From positions 1 through 41,308 of IMG/VR virus record IMGVR_UViG_3300027994_000004: a DNA stretch of 41,308 nt. One strand, written 5' to 3'. The stretch comes from a virus. Shown one piece after another: positions 8,695-14,432 of this stretch. A model generated the notes under the pieces. It had not been told where the DNA came from, did not search any database, and worked only from the letters and a program-made list of their open reading frames with translations. A program made the translations under genes and the position numbers. How positions within the stretch are numbered: the first letter of the stretch is position 1; every line of letters begins with the position of its first letter.

Positions 8695-8765
8695 CTAGTA
8701 GCGAAGTTAGGTTTCATGCTTCCCTTGGACGGAAGAGTACGCAGGTTCGAATCCTGCCTATTAGA
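8695..8765 (+). tRNA. trnP: tRNA-Pro (anticodon TGG), non-canonical D arm
   Basis: Acceptor ctagtag/ctattag (one G.U). Anticodon stem cttcc/ggaag with loop ctTGGac. T arm gcagg-ttcgaat-cctgc. I could not fold the D arm canonically. Confidence 0.6.
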
Positions 8766-8770
8766 CAAAA

Positions 8771-8842
8771 GGTTTATTGGTGTAATGGTTAACATTGGAG
8801 CTTGTCACGCTCTAGCAAAGGGTTCGATTCCCTTATAAACCG
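8771..8842 (+). tRNA. trnD: tRNA-Asp (anticodon GTC)
   Basis: Acceptor ggtttat/ataaacc. D stem gtgt/acat. Anticodon stem ggagc/gctct with loop ttGTCac. T arm aaggg-ttcgatt-ccctt. Confidence 0.85.
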
Positions 8843-8848
8843 CAATTT

Positions 8849-8922
8849 GTCCTAATAACTCAGTTGGTTAGAGTATCTCACTCATAATGAGGCGGTCGGT
8901 GGTTCGAAACCATCTTAGGACA
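8849..8922 (+). tRNA. trnM: tRNA with CAT anticodon (Met, or Ile2 if lysidine-modified)
   Basis: Acceptor gtcctaa/ttaggac. D arm actc-agttggtta-gagt. Anticodon stem tctca/tgagg with loop ctCATaa. T arm ggtgg-ttcgaaa-ccatc. Confidence 0.85.
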
Positions 8923-8927
8923 CAAAT

Positions 8928-9000
8928 TACAATATGATGCAATTGGTTAGCATAGCAGATTTTGACTCTGCCTATTTAGGTTCGAATCCTAATATTGTAA
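8928..9000 (+). tRNA. trnQ: tRNA-Gln (anticodon TTG)
   Basis: Acceptor tacaata/tattgta. D arm atgc-aattggtta-gcat. Anticodon stem gcaga/tctgc with loop ttTTGac. T arm ttagg-ttcgaat-cctaa. Confidence 0.85.
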
Positions 9001-9005
9001 CAAAT

Positions 9006-9079
9006 GGTGCTATTACGCTAAACGGTTAAGCGGTTGGACTGTGAATCCAATGATGCGAGTTCGATTCTCGTGTAGTACC
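9006..9079 (+). tRNA. trnH: tRNA-His (anticodon GTG) with genome-encoded G-1
   Basis: Acceptor gtgctat/gtagtac, plus an extra 5' G (9006) opposite discriminator C (9079). D stem cgct/agcg. Anticodon stem ttgga/tccaa with loop ctGTGaa. T arm gcgag-ttcgatt-ctcgt. Confidence 0.85.
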
Positions 9080-9087
9080 CGAAAAAT

Positions 9088-9169
9088 GCACGTGTGGCTT
9101 TATTGAGAATTGGCACATCTTGGCGGTTTAGACCCGTTAGCTTTGGAGGTTCAAGTCCTCTCACGTGTA
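9088..9169 (+). tRNA. trnL: tRNA-like gene, probable tRNA-Leu (anticodon TAG), 82 nt with an atypically long D region
   Basis: Acceptor gcacgtg/cacgtgt. Leu-like T arm ggagg-ttcaagt-cctct. Best anticodon arm ggcgg-ttTAGac-ccgtt. The extra length sits 5' of the anticodon arm, not in a variable arm. Confidence 0.5.
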
Positions 9170-9174
9170 CAAAA

Positions 9175-9246
9175 TTCAGTATAGTTTAACGGATAGAATT
9201 CAAGGTTACGACCCTTGCGATGGCAGTTCGAATCTGTCTACTGAAA
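9175..9246 (+). tRNA. trnR: tRNA-Arg (anticodon ACG)
   Basis: Acceptor ttcagta/tactgaa. D stem gttt/gaat. Anticodon stem caagg/ccttg with loop ttACGac. T arm ggcag-ttcgaat-ctgtc. Confidence 0.85.
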
Positions 9247-9257
9247 CAAAATATTTA

Positions 9258-9284
9258 AAGCCTTTCATCCGATAGGCTTTTTTA
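9258..9284 (+). terminator. Intrinsic terminator closing the tRNA array
   Basis: Stem aagcct/aggctt with a 10-nt loop, then a T run. Confidence 0.75.
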
Positions 9285-9298
9285 TTCAAAACATTTAC

Positions 9299-9306
9299 TA
9301 TATTTG
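9299..9306 (+). promoter_or_regulatory. -7 box TAtaTTTG
   Basis: tatatttg 35 nt upstream of ATG 9341. Confidence 0.5.
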
Positions 9307-9340
9307 AATCCTTATTTATTAATAACTAAAATTTAAAATT

Positions 9341-9754
9341 ATGAAGAAACTATTGTTGTTGGCTTTTTGCATTGGGTTGTTTAGCTGTTCAGGCGAAAGC
9401 ACCTTTGAGGAATTAAAAGAAATAGAAATTGTAAAACAAGAAAAATCAAATTCCGATATAGAATTGATTTTAGTAAACGAAAAAGGCACATTAAAACTTG
9501 TTGAAATAGTAAGGGGCAATCCTTCTCCTGTTGAAACATGGTTTATTATTTGCGGTAATGGACATCCTTCATCAACAAATACAGGTAATTTTTGCGCAAC
9601 AGATGGACACGGAGGATACGTAAGGGTGAATTGGATAACTGGAGCGCCTCCTGGTCCTGATTGGTGTAGTGGTGGGCATTATTATCTAGGATGGTATGAT
9701 GCAGAAGCTATTACCTATTGTTCTAAGAGGGTCGCTTTTTGCGGAGCTTGCTAA
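9341..9754 (+). CDS. Cysteine-rich lipoprotein of unknown function
   Basis: MKKLLLLAFCIGLFSCSGE is a lipoprotein signal. The C-terminal 75 aa is Gly/Cys-rich (CGNGHP..FCATDGHGG..WCSGGHYY..YCSKRVAFCGAC). The gene has its own promoter and terminator. Confidence 0.7.
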   Translation: MKKLLLLAFCIGLFSCSGESTFEELKEIEIVKQEKSNSDIELILVNEKGTLKLVEIVRGNPSPVETWFIICGNGHPSSTNTGNFCATDGHGGYVRVNWITGAPPGPDWCSGGHYYLGWYDAEAITYCSKRVAFCGAC

Positions 9755-9760
9755 AAAACT

Positions 9761-9790
9761 AAACCGTTTCGAAAGAGGCGGTTTTTTTTA
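9761..9790 (+). terminator. Intrinsic terminator
   Basis: About 10-bp stem aaaccgtttc / gaggcggttt (two G.U pairs) with a gaaa tetraloop, then a T8 run. Confidence 0.8.
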
Positions 9791-9792
9791 TT

Positions 9793-9800
9793 TATCTTTG
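9793..9800 (+). promoter_or_regulatory. -7 box TAtcTTTG (TTATCTTTGA class)
   Basis: ttatctttga 22 nt upstream of ATG 9822. The same 10-mer occurs at 10615 and 11067. Confidence 0.45.
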
Positions 9801-9821
9801 ATTAAACAAAAAAACAAAATT

Positions 9822-10211
9822 ATGCCGATTGATTACAAAAAGTATCCTGCAAATTGGTTATCCGAAATCAGGCCGAGAATAATGCAAAGAGCTAATAATA
9901 CTTGCGAATGTGAGGATTGTGATTTTAAACATCTTGAAGAAGTATTTGCGGTAAGACATAAAGGCAAAACAACAGGATGGTTTCGGAGTTTTGAATTAGC
10001 AAATTCATTGCCTAAAACAATTGAAATGAAAAAAGGTAAAATTATCGACAACCCTAAAAAAGTAAAGGTAGTTTTAACGATTGCACATTTAGACCATGAC
10101 GAAAATAATAAAGATGTAAAAGATGATAGGTTAATGGCTATGTGCCAAATATGCCACTTACGATATGATGCGAAAGAAAAATATAGAAGAAGAAATGAAG
10201 GCACTAATTAA
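9822..10211 (+). CDS. HNH endonuclease
   Basis: CECEDC ... TIAHLDHDENNKDVKDDRLMAMCQICHLRYD gives an H-N-H pattern with flanking Cys pairs. Start moved to ATG 9822 because the longer ORF runs through the upstream terminator. Confidence 0.8.
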   Translation: MPIDYKKYPANWLSEIRPRIMQRANNTCECEDCDFKHLEEVFAVRHKGKTTGWFRSFELANSLPKTIEMKKGKIIDNPKKVKVVLTIAHLDHDENNKDVKDDRLMAMCQICHLRYDAKEKYRRRNEGTN

Positions 10212-10614
10212 AATACTATTTCTCATCTTCCTGACATCAGGAATATGTTCATGCGACATCCAAAAGGAATCCGCAAAGCAAAAGAATGATATTGATTTTA
10301 CCGAGCGTATCGAAACAAAGGAAGTAAGAAAAGGCGATACAGTAACCTACATAGTTCCAAATGTTATTTACAAAGATACGGTAATCACAACCGTAAGCCG
10401 TCAGGGGACTGTTTTAAAGACTTATTACGACAATAACGGCAATATTTCTAAATCAGACTGCATCGGTGCTGAGATAGAGCTTTTACGGAATGAAATAAGA
10501 ACTTTAAACGATAAAACTATAACGAAGGAAAAAACCAAAGAGGAAAAATATTTTGATAATCCGTTTCTTTGGGTAATAATTGTAATTGCAGTTATCATTA
10601 TATTAAAAAAATAA
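10195..10614 (+). CDS. Lipoprotein with a C-terminal transmembrane helix (unimolecular-spanin-like architecture)
   Basis: MKALIKILFLIFLTSGICSC is a lipoprotein signal. The middle is beta-rich. The C-terminus PFLWVIIVIAVIIILKK is a TM anchor. Start set at ATG 10195. Confidence 0.55.
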   Translation: MKALIKILFLIFLTSGICSCDIQKESAKQKNDIDFTERIETKEVRKGDTVTYIVPNVIYKDTVITTVSRQGTVLKTYYDNNGNISKSDCIGAEIELLRNEIRTLNDKTITKEKTKEEKYFDNPFLWVIIVIAVIIILKK

Positions 10615-10615
10615 T

Positions 10616-10623
10616 TATCTTTG
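10616..10623 (+). promoter_or_regulatory. Possible -7 box TAtcTTTG
   Basis: ttatctttgaat immediately after the stop at 10614. Only a terminator hairpin lies downstream. Confidence 0.3.
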
Positions 10624-10650
10624 AATTAATAATTTTGGTTGGTTAATTAG

Positions 10651-10686
10651 AAAAAGCGTTCCTGATAACAAAGAGAACGCTTTTTT
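10651..10686 (+). terminator. Intrinsic terminator
   Basis: Stem aaaagcgttc / gaacgctttt with a 13-nt loop and a T run. Confidence 0.8.
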
Positions 10687-10688
10687 GT

Positions 10689-10696
10689 TTATATTT
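10689..10696 (+). promoter_or_regulatory. -7 box TAtaTTTG
   Basis: tatatttg directly after the terminator, 60 nt upstream of ATG 10756. Confidence 0.45.
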
Positions 10697-10755
10697 GTTT
10701 TATCGGAAGCCGAAAAGATTTTAGAGTAGGCAGTAACCATGAAAAATAAAAGAAA

Positions 10756-10953
10756 ATGGTAACGTATTTTAACAAAAAAGATTTAGTAGATTTTGGAAGG
10801 TTTTTATTGTCGGAAGAAAGAACGAAAAGTATCAACGACAATTACCTAGAAGGTGACAACATCACCAAGGAAGAAAGACTTAGAGAAGTATATCATGCTG
10901 ACGTTGAAAACTTCTTAGAATCAATTAAAAAATCACACATTCAAGTATTGTAG
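10756..10953 (+). CDS. Hypothetical protein
   Basis: 65-aa ORF bounded by a promoter-like box and a terminator. Confidence 0.5.
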   Translation: MVTYFNKKDLVDFGRFLLSEERTKSINDNYLEGDNITKEERLREVYHADVENFLESIKKSHIQVL

Positions 10954-10980
10954 TTTCATGTTTTTGTATTGTTTTTGGTT

Positions 10981-11008
10981 AACCCGCCTAGAGATAGTCG
11001 GGTTTTTT
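10981..11008 (+). terminator. Intrinsic terminator
   Basis: Stem aacccg/cgggtt with a 12-nt loop and a T6 run. Confidence 0.75.
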
Positions 11009-11033
11009 ATTTGTTAATGTTTTGTTAAATATA

Positions 11034-11060
11034 TGTTTTCTATTTTGAAATAAGAAAACA
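11034..11060. promoter_or_regulatory. Inverted repeat (candidate operator) abutting the early promoter
   Basis: tgttttct-N11-agaaaaca with perfect 8-bp arms, ending 8 nt before the -7 box at 11068. Confidence 0.35.
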
Positions 11061-11067
11061 AAATACT

Positions 11068-11075
11068 TATCTTTG
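11068..11075 (+). promoter_or_regulatory. -7 box TAtcTTTG (TTATCTTTGA class)
   Basis: ttatctttgaac 35 nt upstream of ATG 11110. Confidence 0.45.
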
Positions 11076-11109
11076 AACTCAGATAACAAATAACATTAAA
11101 ACACATATT

Positions 11110-11283
11110 ATGCTTTACGTAAAAATAACAAGAGAAGAGGCTTTAAAAATAGGATCAAGAGATTACGGAATAACATCTGGAAAAAGAAATAAAGATGGGA
11201 ATAGAGAAGATATATATTTTTGCTCAAATTTGATTTTCATAAAAAATTTCGATAGAGAAGAAAAAGAATTTATTGAGATATAA
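11110..11283 (+). CDS. Hypothetical protein (57 aa)
   Basis: Hand-translated MLYVKITREEALKIGSRDYGITSGKRNKDGNREDIYFCSNLIFIKNFDREEKEFIEI. Below the ORF-track cutoff. Confidence 0.45.
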   Translation: MLYVKITREEALKIGSRDYGITSGKRNKDGNREDIYFCSNLIFIKNFDREEKEFIEI

Positions 11284-11325
11284 TATTTGTATCAGAATTA
11301 AAAACAACAATTAAAAACAAATATT

Positions 11326-11499
11326 ATGACAACTCAAGACTACAACAACAAAGCAATCGAATTAAACGCAAAATTTCCAAACCTTAAGGCAGAAGTAGTA
11401 AAAAATTGGAACGGTACAAGTTTAGAAATAAAAGTTATAAATTCTGACAAAGCAAAAACGTTAAGAGAAATGTACAGAAAATTTAATTTCACTTTCTAA
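11326..11499 (+). CDS. Hypothetical protein (57 aa)
   Basis: Hand-translated MTTQDYNNKAIELNAKFPNLKAEVVKNWNGTSLEIKVINSDKAKTLREMYRKFNFTF. The stop lies 1 nt before the next ATG. Confidence 0.45.
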   Translation: MTTQDYNNKAIELNAKFPNLKAEVVKNWNGTSLEIKVINSDKAKTLREMYRKFNFTF

Positions 11500-11500
11500 A

Positions 11501-11767
11501 ATGACATACGAAGAAATAATATTAGAATTAACATCGGTAAACTTAGATAAAGAGTTTACCGATGAATTTGAAAACTATATAAGTTCAGAGCTTTTATTGT
11601 TACTAAAAAATACAGATAAAATTAATTCAACAGGTTCTTTAATAAGATTACTTCTTAAAAAGTGGAAACCCGAAACAGAACAATGGATATATTGGCATCA
11701 GGTTTTATTTTATTTTATGAATCCTGATTTCGCTAAGACAAAGGAAATGTTACCAATTAAAAAATAA
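11501..11767 (+). CDS. Hypothetical protein
   Basis: 88-aa ORF. Confidence 0.5.
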   Translation: MTYEEIILELTSVNLDKEFTDEFENYISSELLLLLKNTDKINSTGSLIRLLLKKWKPETEQWIYWHQVLFYFMNPDFAKTKEMLPIKK

Positions 11768-11772
11768 TATAA

Positions 11773-12003
11773 ATGCAAAACAACATCTTAAAGAATTACA
11801 TCGAGCAAAGCGGTTTATCGCTTAGGGAATTATCGGAAAAGTCAGGGATAAACATTTCAAGACTTTCAAGGGCACAAAACAGCAAGCGATTAAGCACAGA
11901 TATTACATTAGAGCTATCATTTGCTTTAAAATACACCAAAGTATCAATCAAAGGAATTGAGAACGGAAAAGAAGTATTTTTAAATTTAGAAATAAAGTAT
12001 TAG
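11773..12003 (+). CDS. Helix-turn-helix DNA-binding protein (XRE-like)
   Basis: SGLSLRELSEKSGINISRLSRAQN is a typical HTH segment. Confidence 0.6.
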   Translation: MQNNILKNYIEQSGLSLRELSEKSGINISRLSRAQNSKRLSTDITLELSFALKYTKVSIKGIENGKEVFLNLEIKY

Positions 12004-12005
12004 TT

Positions 12006-12353
12006 ATGGCAACACATCATTTAAGAGTTGTTTGTTCTGAACAAGGATGTAACGAGACAAGACATTACGATTATCCAAACAGAAAAGAATATAATGAGGC
12101 TATTATAAGGCATAAAAACAGTAAATGCACAAGGCATTTAACGCCTGAAAAAGTTTTAGGATTAAATAATTTGATTGTGACAAAAGATTTAGAAAACAAA
12201 GAATCATCTTATGAAAACCTTAAAAATCGTATGTTTTGGGATGGAAAAAATGGATTTATATACGGTGAAGGGTTCAAAGCTTTTTCTGAGGATTTTCCAA
12301 AGGGCACAGTTTTAAGGATAACTGCACAAATAATACTTCCTGAAAATGTGTAA
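12006..12353 (+). CDS. Hypothetical protein, possible zinc-binding N-terminus
   Basis: 115 aa with CSEQGC ... H..NSKCTRH. Confidence 0.45.
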   Translation: MATHHLRVVCSEQGCNETRHYDYPNRKEYNEAIIRHKNSKCTRHLTPEKVLGLNNLIVTKDLENKESSYENLKNRMFWDGKNGFIYGEGFKAFSEDFPKGTVLRITAQIILPENV

Positions 12354-12618
12354 CTATGACCACAACTATCTAGGTGTTGGAAACTCACAGCACCCAGCTA
12401 ACCTACCCGAAATAGATTCGGAAGAGGAAAAAGAACTTACAATACGTGAGGCCTTGGAAACAGGGTTTGAAGATAAGCTTTTAGAGGCTATAGGACGAAA
12501 CGAAAAACTTTTAAACAGCATACATTCAGAATTAGTATTCATTAGGGAATATTCAGCACAGAAACACGACACGTTTCTAAAAAACAGGATTACTAAATTT
12601 TTAAAAACATTGGAATAA
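12346..12618 (+). CDS. Hypothetical acidic protein
   Basis: 90-aa ORF with an 8-nt overlap on the preceding gene. Confidence 0.45.
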   Translation: MCNYDHNYLGVGNSQHPANLPEIDSEEEKELTIREALETGFEDKLLEAIGRNEKLLNSIHSELVFIREYSAQKHDTFLKNRITKFLKTLE

Positions 12619-12941
12619 TGGAAAAATTTAAAGGAACAAAAGGAATTTGGTCTTGGAGAATTAACTCTAAATCAAGAAGAACAAGGATAGAAGTAAATAT
12701 TCAAGAATATTCTGATAGACCGGAATTTTTGCAAAATATTCATTCTTATATTTTGGATGAAGACCAATGTACTGCAAAAGGATGCAGTTGTATTTCTGAA
12801 AATTTAGCAAATGCCAAATTAATAGCATCAGCCCCTCAATTATTAGAAGCATTATCAGATTTAGTAAGATTTTGCGAAGAAAACAATGTGGGTGCGGAAT
12901 TGGAATTAGCAAAAAATGTAATCCAAAAAGCAACTGAATAA
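12618..12941 (+). CDS. Hypothetical protein
   Basis: 107 aa. ANAKLIASAPQLLEALSDL resembles a motif common in uncharacterised phage proteins. Confidence 0.5.
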   Translation: MEKFKGTKGIWSWRINSKSRRTRIEVNIQEYSDRPEFLQNIHSYILDEDQCTAKGCSCISENLANAKLIASAPQLLEALSDLVRFCEENNVGAELELAKNVIQKATE

Positions 12942-12956
12942 CTAAAAACAAAAACC

Positions 12957-13262
12957 ATGAAAAAAATACTCTTAAATATTTTCAGAAACATCGAGCAGAA
13001 GAATAAGGCTCAAATGATTTTAGAGCTTTTAACGGTAGAAAGTACCATTGAGGAAAGCGTAACACTATACAACAAAGTTAAGGCTGATTTTATGTATAAA
13101 ATGGCTCAAGAAAAGGAGCGTTTGAAAAAGGAAACAATGCTTATTGATGGTATAAAAGAAATAAAACCCTACAACTCCGATTTCGACAAACCATTAAGCC
13201 AAGTCGAAAGAGATTACGCAAACACAGTTGAAACTAATTACGAATTTGTTAAACCAAATTAA
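12957..13262 (+). CDS. Hypothetical protein
   Basis: 101-aa ORF. Confidence 0.5.
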   Translation: MKKILLNIFRNIEQKNKAQMILELLTVESTIEESVTLYNKVKADFMYKMAQEKERLKKETMLIDGIKEIKPYNSDFDKPLSQVERDYANTVETNYEFVKPN

Positions 13263-13265
13263 AAT

Positions 13266-13583
13266 ATGGATTTATTAACAGGAAAAGCAAAAGAAGATTT
13301 TGAAAAATGGATTGAAAAAGAAATGTTTCATTTTGGATTTAATTTAGACCAACAAAGAAATTCAATAAACGATTTATCGGATTTGTTTTTAAATGCCTTA
13401 ATTATCGAATGGCTAGATTCAGTTGGAATAAATATTATATTGACTTGTGAATTTGATTACGGTTATGAAATATTAGACAAAAGATATGAAGTTATGGAGG
13501 AATTAAAAAAATGGTACGATACGCGCCACGAAGCAACAACCCATGCAATAAAAAAAGCAAACGAAATATATAATAACCAATAA
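13266..13583 (+). CDS. Hypothetical protein, paralog of 17613..17921
   Basis: Shares M-LLTGK-KE-F--W, IIEW-D-VG and Y-TR-EATT-AIK-A--IYN with the other copy. Confidence 0.6.
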   Translation: MDLLTGKAKEDFEKWIEKEMFHFGFNLDQQRNSINDLSDLFLNALIIEWLDSVGINIILTCEFDYGYEILDKRYEVMEELKKWYDTRHEATTHAIKKANEIYNNQ

Positions 13584-13584
13584 T

Positions 13585-13866
13585 ATGCAAAACACAATAA
13601 CAATACAGGAAACACCATTTCCACATAAAGAGGAAATGACAATCGGAGCTATAAACATTGGACTTGGAATAACCGCGATAATCATCATTATCGTATTAAT
13701 GAAAAGGCTAATGTATTGGCAGGACAAATTCACGGAGCTTTACAACTCAATGATTGAAGATGTAACGGATTTACAGCGTAAGCTAAACTCACAAAAGAAC
13801 AGCTACGAAAGTAAAATCGACAAATTGGAGGAAGTTATTCATAACCTTGAAAATAATAAAAAATGA
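13585..13866 (+). CDS. Single-pass membrane protein with a coiled-coil tail
   Basis: TM segment IGAINIGLGITAIIIIIVLM followed by a charged helical segment. Confidence 0.5.
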   Translation: MQNTITIQETPFPHKEEMTIGAINIGLGITAIIIIIVLMKRLMYWQDKFTELYNSMIEDVTDLQRKLNSQKNSYESKIDKLEEVIHNLENNKK

Positions 13867-14264
13867 AAAGAGAAATAAAATTTAGAGCACAAAGAATATA
13901 TTCTGAAGAATGGAATTACTTTGATTTAGGAGAGTATCTAACAATGGATGATAAAATACAACCTGATATGCTCCAATATTTACATAGAAATATTTGTCAA
14001 TTCACAGGATTAACCGACAAAAATGGAAAAGAAATTTACGAGGGGGATATTGTTAAAGCATTAACTGAAAGTGGTTTTGATCACGGAGAACATAAAGGCG
14101 AGTTATTTGAAGTTTATTTTTTCGTGAATAATGGAGGATGGTATATCAAAAGAGAATACCGAGAATACGAAAATATGAATCCATTGAAAGAAATGCACGA
14201 ACTGGTTGCTAATTGTGATTTAGAAATAATAGGGAATATTTACGAAAACCCCGAATTATTATGA
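13863..14264 (+). CDS. YopX family protein
   Basis: KFRAQ..., QFTGLTDKNGKEIYEGDIV and IIGNIYENPELL are the hallmark YopX motifs. Confidence 0.85.
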   Translation: MKREIKFRAQRIYSEEWNYFDLGEYLTMDDKIQPDMLQYLHRNICQFTGLTDKNGKEIYEGDIVKALTESGFDHGEHKGELFEVYFFVNNGGWYIKREYREYENMNPLKEMHELVANCDLEIIGNIYENPELL

Positions 14265-14365
14265 ACCGCCGGGAAAGAATAAGCTTTTTCATCGTTAAAC
14301 TTGTCTTATTTGGATGGGTTTATATACTCTTAAAATTTATTTACAGTTACTTTAAATATCTATGA
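14261..14365 (+). CDS. Possible small membrane peptide (34 aa)
   Basis: ATGA overlap with the YopX stop. Translates as MNRRERISFFIVKLVLFGWVYILLKFIYSYFKYL. Confidence 0.3.
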   Translation: MNRRERISFFIVKLVLFGWVYILLKFIYSYFKYL

Positions 14366-14432
14366 AAACCCTTTCAAACAAAGATAAAATTCCTTATCTT
14401 TAAGTAATAAAAACAAACAAAATATTTACATT

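Noticed and set aside
8695-9246. Suppressor tRNA or stop-codon reassignment
   Set aside because: No anticodon is CTA, TTA or TCA. Long uninterrupted ORFs with standard stops fill the genome, so the standard code is sufficient.
9696-9821. N-terminal extension of the HNH ORF (track start 9696)
   Set aside because: The extension overlaps the lipoprotein gene and runs through the terminator at 9761-9790 and the promoter box at 9793. ATG 9822 gives a complete HNH protein.
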